64,000 nt of DNA from Dehalococcoidia bacterium (GCA_963662435.1 OY759598.1:2450507-2514506); one strand, 5' to 3'. Shown: positions 38,063 to 48,605, counted from the first letter of the stretch. Made by a program: numbers and translations. Notes: a model not told the origin generated them from the letters alone.

Positions 38063-39190
38063 TCAAGTCTCTCTGAGGTGCGTCGAGGATATGTCGTGGC
38101 GGAAGCTATTTTCCGGAATCGATTCGAATATGTCACGAAACTCGGAGGGCACCTCAACGTCCGAAAGGGTGCGAAACACTCCGTCTTCCAGCCGTCCGGC
38201 GACGAGGAACCGACCGTTCAATTCAGCGATTTTCGCCAGGGCGCTCATCATGTCTTGCTCGCTTCCGTCGTAGTACTTCGGGGCGACAAGCCGCCTCATC
38301 GTATCGTAGCCGATGACAAAGCAGCACCCCGGCAGCACAAGGGACTTTTCCGCGAACGTGGGAGCCTTGGTAAGGACGACATCATACGTTCCCACAAACT
38401 GACCTAGTCTCTCTCGTACCGCGGGAGCGGTCAGGGTGGGCTTATCGACATTTGCGACGGACATCTCCAATGTGACAGGCATCTTGAGGGTCTCGGAGGC
38501 GACAGACGCCAAGTCTCGGTGGCCGACGTGCAGCGGGTCGAAGGAGCCGGACAGCACTGCGCCCTGGGGTCTTCCGTTGGCGGTGATTGTACCATCCGCG
38601 CAGATCAGCACACTGTCGACGGCGCCCGCGACGAGAAGGTCTATGGGGTCGCCGGAACCTCGAACATCAATGTGTTCGGTGGCGTGCAGAGGCAGAGCGA
38701 AGTCCACGGGAATGCCGGACGCTTCGGCGAGCGCCTGTACGATGAGCATGCTTGTCAGGGTATCCTCGCCTTCTCTGTCGCGCAGGCCCTTCTTGAACTC
38801 GAGGCTGTAGGTGACGGTGCTATCCGACGTACACCGGGCGACGTGGGCGCGATGGTCCCCACGCTTTTCGCGGTCGGTCGCGATGGCGGCAGTACTCGCG
38901 ATGCCAACTACGGGAACGTCTGCATGAGCCAGTTTGAGGGCGCGGCAGTAGGCCCGGCGAGCCATCGCCTCGGCAGTTTCGCTATCGGCGATCCGGCGAG
39001 GGCGCTCACCGAGGAAATCTTTCAGCGCCCGTTCCGAGTATGGCACCAATGTCTCCAGTACCGTCCGCGACGCGCCTGGGACTGTAAGGAGCCAGGTTAT
39101 GGCCTGGGCGCCCCCGCCTGTAACCACAACCACCGCTTGAGCGGGGCCGGCGTGAATTCGGCGGATGGCATCTTGAATTTCGGCCTGCAA
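38063..39190 (-). CDS. CinA-like plus nucleotidyltransferase-like (HxGH) fusion protein
   Basis: N-terminal GGG...PGASRTVLE..VPYS; C-terminal GSFDPLHVGH, IGYDT and HDISSTHLR. Confidence 0.75.
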   Translation of the reverse strand: MQAEIQDAIRRIHAGPAQAVVVVTGGGAQAITWLLTVPGASRTVLETLVPYSERALKDFLGERPRRIADSETAEAMARRAYCRALKLAHADVPVVGIASTAAIATDREKRGDHRAHVARCTSDSTVTYSLEFKKGLRDREGEDTLTSMLIVQALAEASGIPVDFALPLHATEHIDVRGSGDPIDLLVAGAVDSVLICADGTITANGRPQGAVLSGSFDPLHVGHRDLASVASETLKMPVTLEMSVANVDKPTLTAPAVRERLGQFVGTYDVVLTKAPTFAEKSLVLPGCCFVIGYDTMRRLVAPKYYDGSEQDMMSALAKIAELNGRFLVAGRLEDGVFRTLSDVEVPSEFRDIFESIPENSFRHDISSTHLRET

Positions 39191-39223
39191 GGAGCTACTG
39201 GGTCCGGTACCGCATTTGGGCAG

Positions 39224-39778
39224 CTAAAACAAGTTGGTCAATCGTGAACGCAGCAGGAAATGTACCACGGCGAGCGTAACCGCTCCAATCATAACGAATA
39301 ATGCCGCCGAAGGCTCCCAGCCTCCTACAACGAGACCGAGCGCGGTGCCTGCCGCGGGTGCATGCTCGGTGTTTGTCAGGACCATAATCAAGGTGCTTAT
39401 GCCCACCGCAAGAACGGCAATGAAATCGCGAGCAAATATGGAGCTCTCCGCCAGTTCCCCGAATCCGGGTATGAGATACAGGGCGGAAAGCGCAGCACCG
39501 ACGATTACGGCGACGACGTGCCCTCCAATGACCCGCTGTGGCGCCGCCGCCTCTCCGTGGGGCCTGACGAAGACGATGAAGGCGCTGGACGCAATTGCGA
39601 CGACGATGGCGGCTCGGAGCACCACGTCGACGACCAGCAGGATTAGAAGGAGGGCCAGCGTGGACAGGGCGCACTGGAAAAGGTAGTTCTTCCAATGCCG
39701 TCGGAATTTTCTATCTATCAGCCGGCCTTCCAGTAAGAGGAAGCGAATGGACCAGCGTTTGTCGATCTTGTACAGCAT
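39224..39778 (-). CDS. HPP family membrane protein
   Basis: IASSAFIVF, VIGGH and TEHAPAAGTAL motifs. Confidence 0.8.
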   Translation of the reverse strand: MLYKIDKRWSIRFLLLEGRLIDRKFRRHWKNYLFQCALSTLALLLILLVVDVVLRAAIVVAIASSAFIVFVRPHGEAAAPQRVIGGHVVAVIVGAALSALYLIPGFGELAESSIFARDFIAVLAVGISTLIMVLTNTEHAPAAGTALGLVVGGWEPSAALFVMIGAVTLAVVHFLLRSRLTNLF

Positions 39779-40015
39779 GAGACCCGGTATCTTCTACGGC
39801 ACGACTAAATCTATCATAGGTTGGAGTGACACGGTTATTTTATGGTTTCGGTTCGTGATTGTAGAAGTTGCGTGGCCATCAAGAGAGGGACGAGCACGCC
39901 TGTTTAGCGTATTTCGGCCAGGAACGACTGCTCAAGGGGCAGCGGGGTCTCTGTATGGGAACTGCTGGGACGGCTACAATTGACACGGTTGCGGACGAAT
40001 ACCTAGAATCCTACG

Positions 40016-41470
40016 TTGTACCCAGCCTCGAACGAACGAGGGACTCCACTGAGCAGTTCATGGACTACGCTTGAGGAGAATGACCGCCGACAGCGCGCAC
40101 CATGGTACGCGCTCGTTACGAGGGCGTTTACGACGCGCGGTGGAGATACCGGTTCTGTTTCCCGACCGCTGATCCCGGCACTTGCCCTGCTGGGATTGAC
40201 CTTAGTCGGCACCATCGTGCTGGTGCTTCCGTTCAGTCACCGTGGCGGCGGCTTTACGCCGATAGTGGACGCGCTCTTCGCCGCGACCTCGGCCGCCACC
40301 ACCACCGGGCTGACCACCCAAGACCTGACTACGTTCTGGTCCGTGCCGGGGCAAGTCACGATTCTCGTCCTCGCCTTCCTTGGAGGGCTGGGATTCACAG
40401 TGACGGCCAGTCTCCTCTTGCTCAGAGCGGGACGGAGATTGGCATCGGGGTTAATTGAAGATACCAGCGTAGCCCCATCTCTAGGAAACGCAAAACACCT
40501 CGCCCTTCGGATCGCTCTCATCATTGTCGGGATACAGCTGCTCGGCTTCATCGCGCTCCTGGTGAGGTTCTCATTCGTCGAGTCGATGTCCGACGCGATA
40601 CCCAGAGCGCTAACGATGACCATCCTCGGGTTCAACAACGCCGGGTTCATTGGCCTGCTTGGTGTAGGAGAGGGCGAAACATTTGGCACAGACTGGGGAG
40701 CGCTCGCAACTACCGGAGTGCTGGCCGTGCTAGGGGCGGTGGGCTGCATTGTATTGCTGGACATTGGGCGAAAGAGACGACTGGCGACGCTATCTCTCAA
40801 TACCAAGCTCGTACTGGCTATGACGGGGGTGATTGCACTGTTTGGTACGGTTGCAATCCTCGCGTTCGAATTCGATAACTCGGACACAATCGGAGATCTA
40901 GCCCTCGCAGACAAGGTGTCCATCTCCGCGTTCGAGGCGATCGCCGGTAGAACGTCGGGGATCACGGCCGTTGACTATGCGGAAACGGAACAGCACACGA
41001 GTCTGCTGATGATGGGGCTAATGCTCGCAGGGGGCGCGTCCGCATCGACAGCCGGGGGAATCAAGATAAACACCTTGACCGTGCTGCTGGTGGCCGTTCT
41101 CGCCGCACTCGGCGCGAGACGCGGCACGTCCATGTTCCAGCGGGAATTGTCGTTTGTGCAGGTAAAACACGCGATGACATTGTGCATCTTGATGCTGGGT
41201 CTGACCCTGTTGGCTGTGATACTTCTCACCATTTTCGAACGGGGTCATGAGTCGCCGTTCATCGACGTGATGTTCGAGATGGTCTCGGCTGTCAGTTCCT
41301 CCGGGCTGAGCACCGGTCTTTCGTCCGAACTTTCCGGCTGGGGGAAACTGATCATGGCTCTTGCCATGTTCGTCGGCCGCGTGCTCACTCTCTCCGCGGC
41401 CTTGCTCATGATCGGCAATGTGAGCCGGGTGCGATATACCCATGCGGTCGAGCGGGTGACCATCGGATAG
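40016..41470 (+). CDS. trkH: TrkH/KtrB potassium uptake membrane protein (start uncertain)
   Basis: Four pore-loop motifs (TTTGL, NNAGF, RTSGI, SSSGLS), STAGGIK and MFVGRV. Confidence 0.85.
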   Translation: MYPASNERGTPLSSSWTTLEENDRRQRAPWYALVTRAFTTRGGDTGSVSRPLIPALALLGLTLVGTIVLVLPFSHRGGGFTPIVDALFAATSAATTTGLTTQDLTTFWSVPGQVTILVLAFLGGLGFTVTASLLLLRAGRRLASGLIEDTSVAPSLGNAKHLALRIALIIVGIQLLGFIALLVRFSFVESMSDAIPRALTMTILGFNNAGFIGLLGVGEGETFGTDWGALATTGVLAVLGAVGCIVLLDIGRKRRLATLSLNTKLVLAMTGVIALFGTVAILAFEFDNSDTIGDLALADKVSISAFEAIAGRTSGITAVDYAETEQHTSLLMMGLMLAGGASASTAGGIKINTLTVLLVAVLAALGARRGTSMFQRELSFVQVKHAMTLCILMLGLTLLAVILLTIFERGHESPFIDVMFEMVSAVSSSGLSTGLSSELSGWGKLIMALAMFVGRVLTLSAALLMIGNVSRVRYTHAVERVTIG

Positions 41471-41606
41471 CAGCAAAGAGCAACGTAAGGGGTCCGCCAC
41501 GACATAGTTTCACTGGCGACGAATCCGGTATAATCCATCCAATCCAGGCGTCTTTCGATTTCGAAACCGCAGGGTTCACCACTCTTCACCGGGGACCACG
41601 AGAACA

Positions 41607-42263
41607 ATGAAACAGCAAGTCGTCGTCATCGGTCTAGGCAGGTTCGGTTCGAGCGTAGCCAACTCGCTGTATAACCTGGGTCACGACGTTCTCGCGATGG
41701 ACGTGAACGAAGACCGGGTCCAGGGCATGATGGGGCATGTGACCTTTCCAGTAACGGGCAACGCCGCCAACGAGACGGTGCTCCGTGAGCTAGGGGTTCC
41801 CGACTATGAGGTTGCCGTAGTAGCCATCGGATCCGACATCGTGGCGAGCGTCCTGACGACGGTCAACCTCAAGAACCTGGGCGTGCCGTACGTGATTGCC
41901 CGCGCTCACGACGATCTGCACGGCAATACGTTGGAGCGCATCGGCGCCGACAAGGTAATTCACGCCGAGTCCGAGATGGGTACAAGGCTGGCGCACAACA
42001 TGTTCAATCCCAACGTCCAGGAATATCTCGAATTGGCGCCGAACTTCGGTTTCAGCCGCATTCGTGTGCCGGATGAGTACGTGGACAAGACCATTGATGA
42101 GGTCGATCTAACCGGTCCGAGAGACAAATACGGTCTTGCAGTTGTAGCGATAAAGCGGGGACGAGATATAACGCTCAATCCCGACATGAGCGACCGGCTC
42201 CGGCCGGGGGACGTGTTGATTCTGGCGGGGCGGGACGAGCTATTGGACCGGCTGCCCACCTGA
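41607..42263 (+). CDS. trkA: TrkA/KtrA RCK protein
   Basis: VIGLGRFG and a C-terminal TrkA-C domain. Confidence 0.92.
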   Translation: MKQQVVVIGLGRFGSSVANSLYNLGHDVLAMDVNEDRVQGMMGHVTFPVTGNAANETVLRELGVPDYEVAVVAIGSDIVASVLTTVNLKNLGVPYVIARAHDDLHGNTLERIGADKVIHAESEMGTRLAHNMFNPNVQEYLELAPNFGFSRIRVPDEYVDKTIDEVDLTGPRDKYGLAVVAIKRGRDITLNPDMSDRLRPGDVLILAGRDELLDRLPT

Positions 42264-42324
42264 TGGTCGGCTCTCGAGAGCCAACCGGCCACACCAAGAT
42301 GATTGACAGGGTGCTGATCTTCCA

Positions 42325-42795
42325 TTGCTGAGACTGAGGAATCGGGATGGCATCGCGATCAAATCGGCGCTGGTCGCCGTCTCCGGCAGCCCCGTGGACG
42401 AGTTCGCCGTTCGCTTCGCCGCGCAGATGATGGAGTCCCGGCGGGGGAGTCTCTACGTCGTCCACGTGATAGAAGTGGACCGGGGGATGCCGGTGGACTC
42501 AGAGCTACCATTTCACACGAGCCGAGCCGACGATTTGCTGGACAAGATGGAACGTGCGGCAGACTCGTTCAAATGCAAGGTCTATCCTGAGCTACTCCAG
42601 GCACGTCGGGCCGGACACGCGATCGTCAGTGAGGCGGCCGAGAGAGACGTTGACGTGGTCGTGATCGGGATGCCCTACAAGACGAAGTACAGCAAATTCA
42701 CCCTGGGAGATGCAGTCCCCTACGTACTCGAACATGCGCCGTGCCGGGTCCTTCTCTGGCGTGGGGAGATCCCCGAAGAACCGCATCAGGAATGA
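42325..42795 (+). CDS. Universal stress protein
   Basis: LVAVSGS, VHVIEV and LGDAVPYVLEHAPCRV motifs. Confidence 0.85.
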   Translation: MLRLRNRDGIAIKSALVAVSGSPVDEFAVRFAAQMMESRRGSLYVVHVIEVDRGMPVDSELPFHTSRADDLLDKMERAADSFKCKVYPELLQARRAGHAIVSEAAERDVDVVVIGMPYKTKYSKFTLGDAVPYVLEHAPCRVLLWRGEIPEEPHQE

Positions 42796-42838
42796 ACGAC
42801 ACAAAACCACAGGTACGGGACGGACGTTATACAGGTCA

Positions 42839-43276
42839 ATGATAGACAGACCGTTACTTGGACCGAAACATATCCTGATCGTGGGCTGCGACGAACTCGG
42901 AGCGACCGTTACGAGAGAACTCGTTGAGCACGGCAACACCGTCCACGTGTTGGACAGAACTCCGCGAGCGTTCGAGGGCCTGCCCGAATCGGCCGTGGAA
43001 GAGCGTCGCATTCTCCCCTTTGTAGGTGACGGCACCTCTCATCAGGACCTCATAAGGGCGGGTATTCGAGAAGTGGACGTGTTCATGTCCCTCACGTCAA
43101 GCGATACCGCCAATATCCTTTCCGCGCAGGCAGCAAAGCAGGTATTCAGCGTAGAGGTCGTGGTCTGCCGCGTGGATGACCGAGCCTTGCAGAGCATGTA
43201 TGAGGAGATGGGTCTGATCACAATCGGGGCGACATCGCTGCTCTTCGACATCGCCGTCCACTCTGCGACGGCCTAG
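42839..43276 (+). CDS. TrkA-N only protein
   Basis: ILIVGCDELGA, GDGT and AGIREVDVF motifs. Confidence 0.8.
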   Translation: MIDRPLLGPKHILIVGCDELGATVTRELVEHGNTVHVLDRTPRAFEGLPESAVEERRILPFVGDGTSHQDLIRAGIREVDVFMSLTSSDTANILSAQAAKQVFSVEVVVCRVDDRALQSMYEEMGLITIGATSLLFDIAVHSATA

Positions 43277-43291
43277 TCAGGAAAAAGCCAA

Positions 43292-43969
43292 ATGCATGTA
43301 GTTGTAGTGGGAGCCGACAGGATGGGACGGGCCGTAGCCCGCTGGCTGATTGCGGGAGGCCATGAGATCGCAGTCGTCGACGCAAGCCGAAAGAAGTGCA
43401 GGGCCGTTGATGAGGCCTTTGGCAGCGTTTCCGTGCTCGGAAGCAGCGTTGACCGAACGGTCCTTGCGAGGGCGGGCGCAAACCGGGCGGACCTGCTCAT
43501 CACGACGGGAAATGACGACGGAGTGAACCTCGTCACGTGCCAGATCGCAAAGCATCGATTCGACATAACGACGACCATATCGGTCGTCACGCGTTCAGAC
43601 CACGTCGAGCTATTCAATCTCCTCGGCATAGACGTCGTAGTGGACGTTCCCGACCTGATACTTAACCAGATACAAGAGGGGGTTGCCTCCCAAGGCATAT
43701 CGCACCTGAAACCGCTGCCGTCCGACGGGACCGAGCGGTCACTGGTGTCGATTCACATTCCCGGCACGTTTGGAACCGATGGGCGACGACTCGATACGTT
43801 CCCGTTCCCCGAAGGCACGCTGCCGTCCCTGATAATCGCGCGCGATGGAACTCCCATGCTGCCCACAGGAGACATGGAAGTTAGAGCGGGCGATGAAATC
43901 ATTGCCGTAACCACCGCACAGGGAGAGGACGAGTTGCGTGAACTGCTCGCGACCGGCCCGCCTGTGTGA
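43292..43969 (+). CDS. TrkA family protein
   Basis: VVVGADRMG, LARAGANRAD and a TrkA-C domain. Confidence 0.85.
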   Translation: MHVVVVGADRMGRAVARWLIAGGHEIAVVDASRKKCRAVDEAFGSVSVLGSSVDRTVLARAGANRADLLITTGNDDGVNLVTCQIAKHRFDITTTISVVTRSDHVELFNLLGIDVVVDVPDLILNQIQEGVASQGISHLKPLPSDGTERSLVSIHIPGTFGTDGRRLDTFPFPEGTLPSLIIARDGTPMLPTGDMEVRAGDEIIAVTTAQGEDELRELLATGPPV

Positions 43970-44034
43970 GCGCCGAGAGATTTTCCAAGCGATGAAGTCC
44001 AGTCGCAGAAGAGCCGATGAACCAAGGAGGACCC

Positions 44035-44469
44035 ATGTCAAGTCAGGCTTCCATAAAGCTTAACTGGGAAGAGAACTGGAAGTTTACGGCCTCGGATGAC
44101 TACGGCCACAACGTAACGATCGACGCGCCGATGAGGGACGGGGACGAATTCGACGGCTTCAAGCCAACGCACCTGATGATGAGCGCCCTTGGCGCGTGCA
44201 CGGGAGTCGACGTCGTCAGCATTCTGCAGAAGAAAAGGCAGAACGTTTCCGGGGTGGAGATACAGGTGACCGGCACACAGGAAGACGAGTGGCCCAAGGA
44301 GTGGACGGCGTTCAACATTCATTATGTAGTCAGTGGCCGGGGAGTCGACGAGAAGGCCGTTGATCGTGCGATTGAGCTGTCAGAGGGCAAGTATTGTTCC
44401 GTTGGGGCAACGCTGAAGGGCACGGCGACGATAACCACGTCGTTCGAGATCGTGGAGGACGGCGGGTAG
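44035..44469 (+). CDS. OsmC family protein
   Basis: ALGACTGVDV and KYCSV motifs. AAGGAGG RBS. Confidence 0.9.
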   Translation: MSSQASIKLNWEENWKFTASDDYGHNVTIDAPMRDGDEFDGFKPTHLMMSALGACTGVDVVSILQKKRQNVSGVEIQVTGTQEDEWPKEWTAFNIHYVVSGRGVDEKAVDRAIELSEGKYCSVGATLKGTATITTSFEIVEDGG

Positions 44470-44589
44470 GGCCGGTTCCACACGAGTTTGATATTACGAT
44501 TCACCCTCACCCCAGCCCTCTCCCACGACGGGAGAGGGGATAAAGCGGTATCTGCCAGTTCAACATAGTCAAGTTGACTGAGTACTAGA
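44470..44589. mobile_element. MITE-like family A copy
   Basis: CCGGTTCCACA...CCCTCTCCCACGACGGGAGAGGG...GAGTACTAG, matching 45637-45759. Confidence 0.7.
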
Positions 44590-44736
44590 TTTATCACCCC
44601 AAGCATTAGCGCTTGGCAAACGCTCCTGAGAGCGGGCGTCTATGACCTGTTGCTTGTTGACACCTACACTGGGCCGAAGTAGGGTACCTTACGGCGTTGC
44701 ACATCGTGCCGCCAATTCCGGAACCGAGGTCATTCA

Positions 44737-45591
44737 ATGACTGATACGAACGGCATGTCTGCATATGGCTGGACATCGGACGAGATTGCTGAGCGGCTTG
44801 GCACTTCTACCATCGTTTTTGAGCGGGACCGGCTGCTGCAGTCGCAGGATATCGGGATGATAGCCGAGCGGGGCATTCGCCACATCGAGGTATGCGGGCT
44901 TGGCAACCCCGGTCACCTGGACGTCGCAGATTCCAAGTACACGTCCTGGCTGCGGGCCGAGTGCGAGAGTGCGGGGATATCAATCGTCTCGACACACTGC
45001 CCCGGTTACCTGTTCAACTCGGATGAAGAAGACAACCGCAAGAAGGCCGTGGAGCAGGGCGTCGCGGCGGCGAAGAACTCGGAGGAGCTTGGAGCAGGGG
45101 TCATGGTGTGTCACTTCCGACCGGAGGAGCCGTCGGAGAAGACCATCCATGAGATGCTCGATCAGCTCGAAGGCACCTCGATCAAGCTGACCATCGAGAA
45201 CGGGCAGGACCTGGCCGACTACACCGCGTTTGTGGACAAGGTGGGGTCAGACAAGTTCGGGATGGTGGTGGATGTTGGGCACACGCGGGACGACGACGAG
45301 GTCAACCCATTCATCAAGGTAGAGCGTGCCCGCGAGACTATGGCGCAGTGCGGACAACGGCTGTTCCACTTGCACCTGCATGACTGGGTCGACCGCGACC
45401 ACTTCTCCCCGCTGGACGGAGAACTCGCCTGGGCGGGAGTGTTCGACGCGTTCAAGGACATCGACTACCAGGGATACTTCATGTTCGAGGCGGCATACCC
45501 GCCTGCACAGCGTGGCGAGGTTGCACCGGAGTACGTGCTCGACAAGGTGGCAGGTTTTCCGCAGGGATTCGTCGATAGGTACGTGGGCTAG
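44737..45591 (+). CDS. Sugar phosphate isomerase/epimerase (TIM barrel)
   Basis: Metal-binding motifs IEN, DVGH, HLHD, DH and FE. Confidence 0.85.
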   Translation: MTDTNGMSAYGWTSDEIAERLGTSTIVFERDRLLQSQDIGMIAERGIRHIEVCGLGNPGHLDVADSKYTSWLRAECESAGISIVSTHCPGYLFNSDEEDNRKKAVEQGVAAAKNSEELGAGVMVCHFRPEEPSEKTIHEMLDQLEGTSIKLTIENGQDLADYTAFVDKVGSDKFGMVVDVGHTRDDDEVNPFIKVERARETMAQCGQRLFHLHLHDWVDRDHFSPLDGELAWAGVFDAFKDIDYQGYFMFEAAYPPAQRGEVAPEYVLDKVAGFPQGFVDRYVG

Positions 45592-45636
45592 GGTACACCG
45601 AGGCTGTAAGTATGCGGGCACTCTGTTAAGCCCATC

Positions 45637-45759
45637 CTAGTACCAGTCCCACATGATTTTGATATTGCGATTCACCCTCACCCTAGCCCTCTCCCACAAC
45701 GGGAGAGGGGATACAGCGCCATCTGCCAGTTCATCATTTTCAAGTTGATTGAGTACTAG
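45637..45759. mobile_element. MITE-like family A copy
   Basis: Bounded by CTAGTAC...GTACTAG with a central CCCTCTCCC/GGGAGAGGG hairpin. Confidence 0.7.
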
Positions 45760-45837
45760 GTTTTCCGCCGGTGTTCGCCGGATCGAAGACATTCGGTGCG
45801 GCTTCCTGTTCGTTGAGATGCCTCAAGGACTCTTGCG

Positions 45838-46569
45838 ATGGTCGATTATCTGTTTTCCGACCCCAAGCTTGCCGAGCTATATGATGCGTTCTGTGCCGGA
45901 CGGGAGGACTTTGGCTTCTACCTTCCGCTGGTGATGTCGGCGAAGTGTGTGCTCGATGTCGGTTGCGGAACGGGTGAGCTGCGGCGGTTGGCGCGGGAGG
46001 CCGGACACGCCGGACGGCTGTGTGGGCTGGATCCGGCTGAGGCGATGCTGGATCAGGCACGAAAGCGGGGCGATGTAGAGTGGGTACACGGCGACCTGGC
46101 TTCAGTAGATTGGCGCCGTGAATTCGATCTCGTCGTCATGACCGGTCATGCCTTCCAGGTTTTGGTCGAAGACAAACAACTGCGTGCGTCGCTGGCGGCA
46201 ATACGATCCGCGCTGACGGAGGATGGCCGCTTCGTGTTCGAGACTCGCAATCCGTCGGCTCGCGGATGGGAGGCGTGGACACCGGACAATGCAGTGGAGA
46301 TCTTGCATAACGGGTACGCAGTGCGAATGGCGCATCAGGTGGAGACACCCGTTGAGGGTGACATTGTTTCGTTCACTGTTACCTACACCAGTCCAAGCTG
46401 GGAGCGGCCTCTGGTCAGTCGGAGCACGTTGAGGTTCCTTGATACCGACTCGCTGTCGGCGTTCTTGTCCGGGGCAGGGCTTATTGTCGAGGAACAGTTC
46501 GGGGACTGGGACGGGCAGCCGTTGACGGATACGAGTACGGAAATCATCACCGTCGCGCGGCGGGGGTGA
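45838..46569 (+). CDS. Class I SAM-dependent methyltransferase
   Basis: VLDVGCGTG and FDLVVMTGHAFQ motifs. Confidence 0.9.
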   Translation: MVDYLFSDPKLAELYDAFCAGREDFGFYLPLVMSAKCVLDVGCGTGELRRLAREAGHAGRLCGLDPAEAMLDQARKRGDVEWVHGDLASVDWRREFDLVVMTGHAFQVLVEDKQLRASLAAIRSALTEDGRFVFETRNPSARGWEAWTPDNAVEILHNGYAVRMAHQVETPVEGDIVSFTVTYTSPSWERPLVSRSTLRFLDTDSLSAFLSGAGLIVEEQFGDWDGQPLTDTSTEIITVARRG

Positions 46570-46678
46570 GCCGGGCGTCGGCGAACATTGACGCCGGTCG
46601 CTGGACGGCACCGGCATCCAACTTTTCTTGGTGGTGTACACTGCCCGCCACATCATTATGTGTCACAGGTGAGCGGTC

Positions 46679-47872
46679 ATGAACGTTGGAATCATTGGTG
46701 GAGGGGTGTTCGGGTTGGCGGCGGCGATCGAGCTGCGCGAGCGCGGGCATGGTGTGACGGTCTTCGATCAGGGGAAGGTGCCGTACGAGAACGCGACGTC
46801 GACCGACGTGGCGAAGGGCATACGTCGAACGTGGTATGGCGACGGCGGACCGTATGTGGAGCTTGTGGAGCGGGCGGCTGTGCAGTGGAGGGCGTGGGAA
46901 CGGCGGACGGGCGAGTCGGTATACCACAAGACTGGCGGCATGAAGATCATGCGCGGCTTCGAGCCGGGGAGCGGTATGTATGAGAACTGGCGCTACCTTC
47001 AGAGTCGAGGGGCGGACCTGACCATCATGACGGCCAAGGAGGGGCGCGAGCGCTACCCGCAATTCGTAATCGACGACGACGAGGTGTGTGTACTCGACGA
47101 CTGGGCGGGGTATATAGAGAGCGGGCGGGCTGTGGCGATGATGGCGGGGATTGCGCGCGAGGACGGCGTGGTGGTGCGAGAAGAATCAACCGTGATGTGC
47201 GTTGAGGAGTCAACGGGCGGGGCCACGATTCAGGTGGCGGAAGGAGAGACACACGGGTTCGACCGTGTCGTCGTGGCGGGCGGGGTGTGGAGTGGCAGGC
47301 TAGTGCCGGAGGTCGGCAGGAATCTGCTGGTGACCCTCCGCGAGATGATGTTCATCGAGGTCGAGGAGCCGGAAAAGTTTGCGCGGGGGCGATTCCCGGT
47401 GTGGTCGGATGATCCGGACGTGAATGGATGGTACGGCTTCCCCCTGCTCCGGGAAGGGTTCGTGAAGGTGGCGGTCGAGGGAATCGGCGAGATCGTCGAT
47501 CCTGACATCGACCGTGCGGGATCCAATGAGTTTCGGGATGAGGCGATGGAGTACCTGCGGCGTCGCATACCCGATTGGGGACGAGGCAGGGTGGTGGACG
47601 TGCGGGCGTGCCTGTACTGCGCCACGCCCGACGATCACTTCATCATCGACCATGCTCCCGGCACGGAACGTGTCATCGTGGCGACTGGCGGGAGCGGTCA
47701 CGGGTTCAAGTTCGGCGGGTCGCTCGGAGCGGTCATCGCCGACGTTGTAGAGGACGTGCCGAACCCGCTGGGCGACTGGTTCCGCATAGGGAACCGGTTC
47801 GAGGGGCTGGCCGATCAGACGCGGTCGGTGACGGAGTCGCGGGGGTATGCGCTGGCGCAGGGGGAGGGGTGA
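46679..47872 (+). CDS. FAD-dependent oxidoreductase (sarcosine oxidase/DAO-like)
   Basis: GGGVFG, CLYCATPDDHFIID and GSGHGFKFG motifs. Confidence 0.88.
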   Translation: MNVGIIGGGVFGLAAAIELRERGHGVTVFDQGKVPYENATSTDVAKGIRRTWYGDGGPYVELVERAAVQWRAWERRTGESVYHKTGGMKIMRGFEPGSGMYENWRYLQSRGADLTIMTAKEGRERYPQFVIDDDEVCVLDDWAGYIESGRAVAMMAGIAREDGVVVREESTVMCVEESTGGATIQVAEGETHGFDRVVVAGGVWSGRLVPEVGRNLLVTLREMMFIEVEEPEKFARGRFPVWSDDPDVNGWYGFPLLREGFVKVAVEGIGEIVDPDIDRAGSNEFRDEAMEYLRRRIPDWGRGRVVDVRACLYCATPDDHFIIDHAPGTERVIVATGGSGHGFKFGGSLGAVIADVVEDVPNPLGDWFRIGNRFEGLADQTRSVTESRGYALAQGEG

Positions 47873-47919
47873 GACAACCCTTAAGCAACTTGCGAAACGC
47901 TTAAGACAAATCCAAGTAG

Positions 47920-48585
47920 GTGTTATCGATGAATAGATTTGTAGGACTGATTTGGCCATTAGGCCAAGTGCAACGCAGTGTATTGATGATAGTTGTAGCT
48001 CTGTTGACAACAACCATTGCCCTGTTCGTGCTGAATCGTACTTGGACGGACGCTGAGAGAGGCAAGGATCTGGCAGCAATTGTCCAATCGGTCGTCACAA
48101 TTGTGGCTATTCTGGGAGGCGGCGCCTTTGCCTACTACAAGCTGCAAGTCTTCAGGGTCTTCGAACCCCACCTGACGATTTCACACGAGGTCTCGCACAG
48201 GTATATTGGCGACAACTTTGTTCACATCGCCGTTACTGCAACACTTCACAATAGCTCAAAGGTCAAGATGGAATTGAGGAAGGGTTTCTTTCTCTTGCAG
48301 CAAATATCGCCTTTGTCGGATGAGGAAATTGAGCCGCTGTACGAGCAAGTGTTCGAAGATCAAGATTACGAGCACATTCAGTGGCCGACCCTCGAGGAAG
48401 TCGAGCGCGAGTTCAGTGAAGGTGAACTCATCGTTGAACCTGGCGAATCGCACCCTGAGACCTTTGAGTTCATCCTGGCGCGTGGGTACGATTCTGTTAT
48501 GGTATACACGTACTTATACAACCCTATATCACAGCGGCCCCCGGGATGGGCGGCCACCAAAGTTCATGACATGAGCGAAACGTAA
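47920..48585 (+). CDS. Hypothetical membrane-anchored protein (start uncertain)
   Basis: 221-aa ORF with two N-terminal hydrophobic segments and a beta-rich soluble domain. Visibly more AT-rich than its neighbours. Confidence 0.65.
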   Translation: MLSMNRFVGLIWPLGQVQRSVLMIVVALLTTTIALFVLNRTWTDAERGKDLAAIVQSVVTIVAILGGGAFAYYKLQVFRVFEPHLTISHEVSHRYIGDNFVHIAVTATLHNSSKVKMELRKGFFLLQQISPLSDEEIEPLYEQVFEDQDYEHIQWPTLEEVEREFSEGELIVEPGESHPETFEFILARGYDSVMVYTYLYNPISQRPPGWAATKVHDMSET

Positions 48586-48605
48586 GTTTTCAACGGGAGG
48601 CAGAA

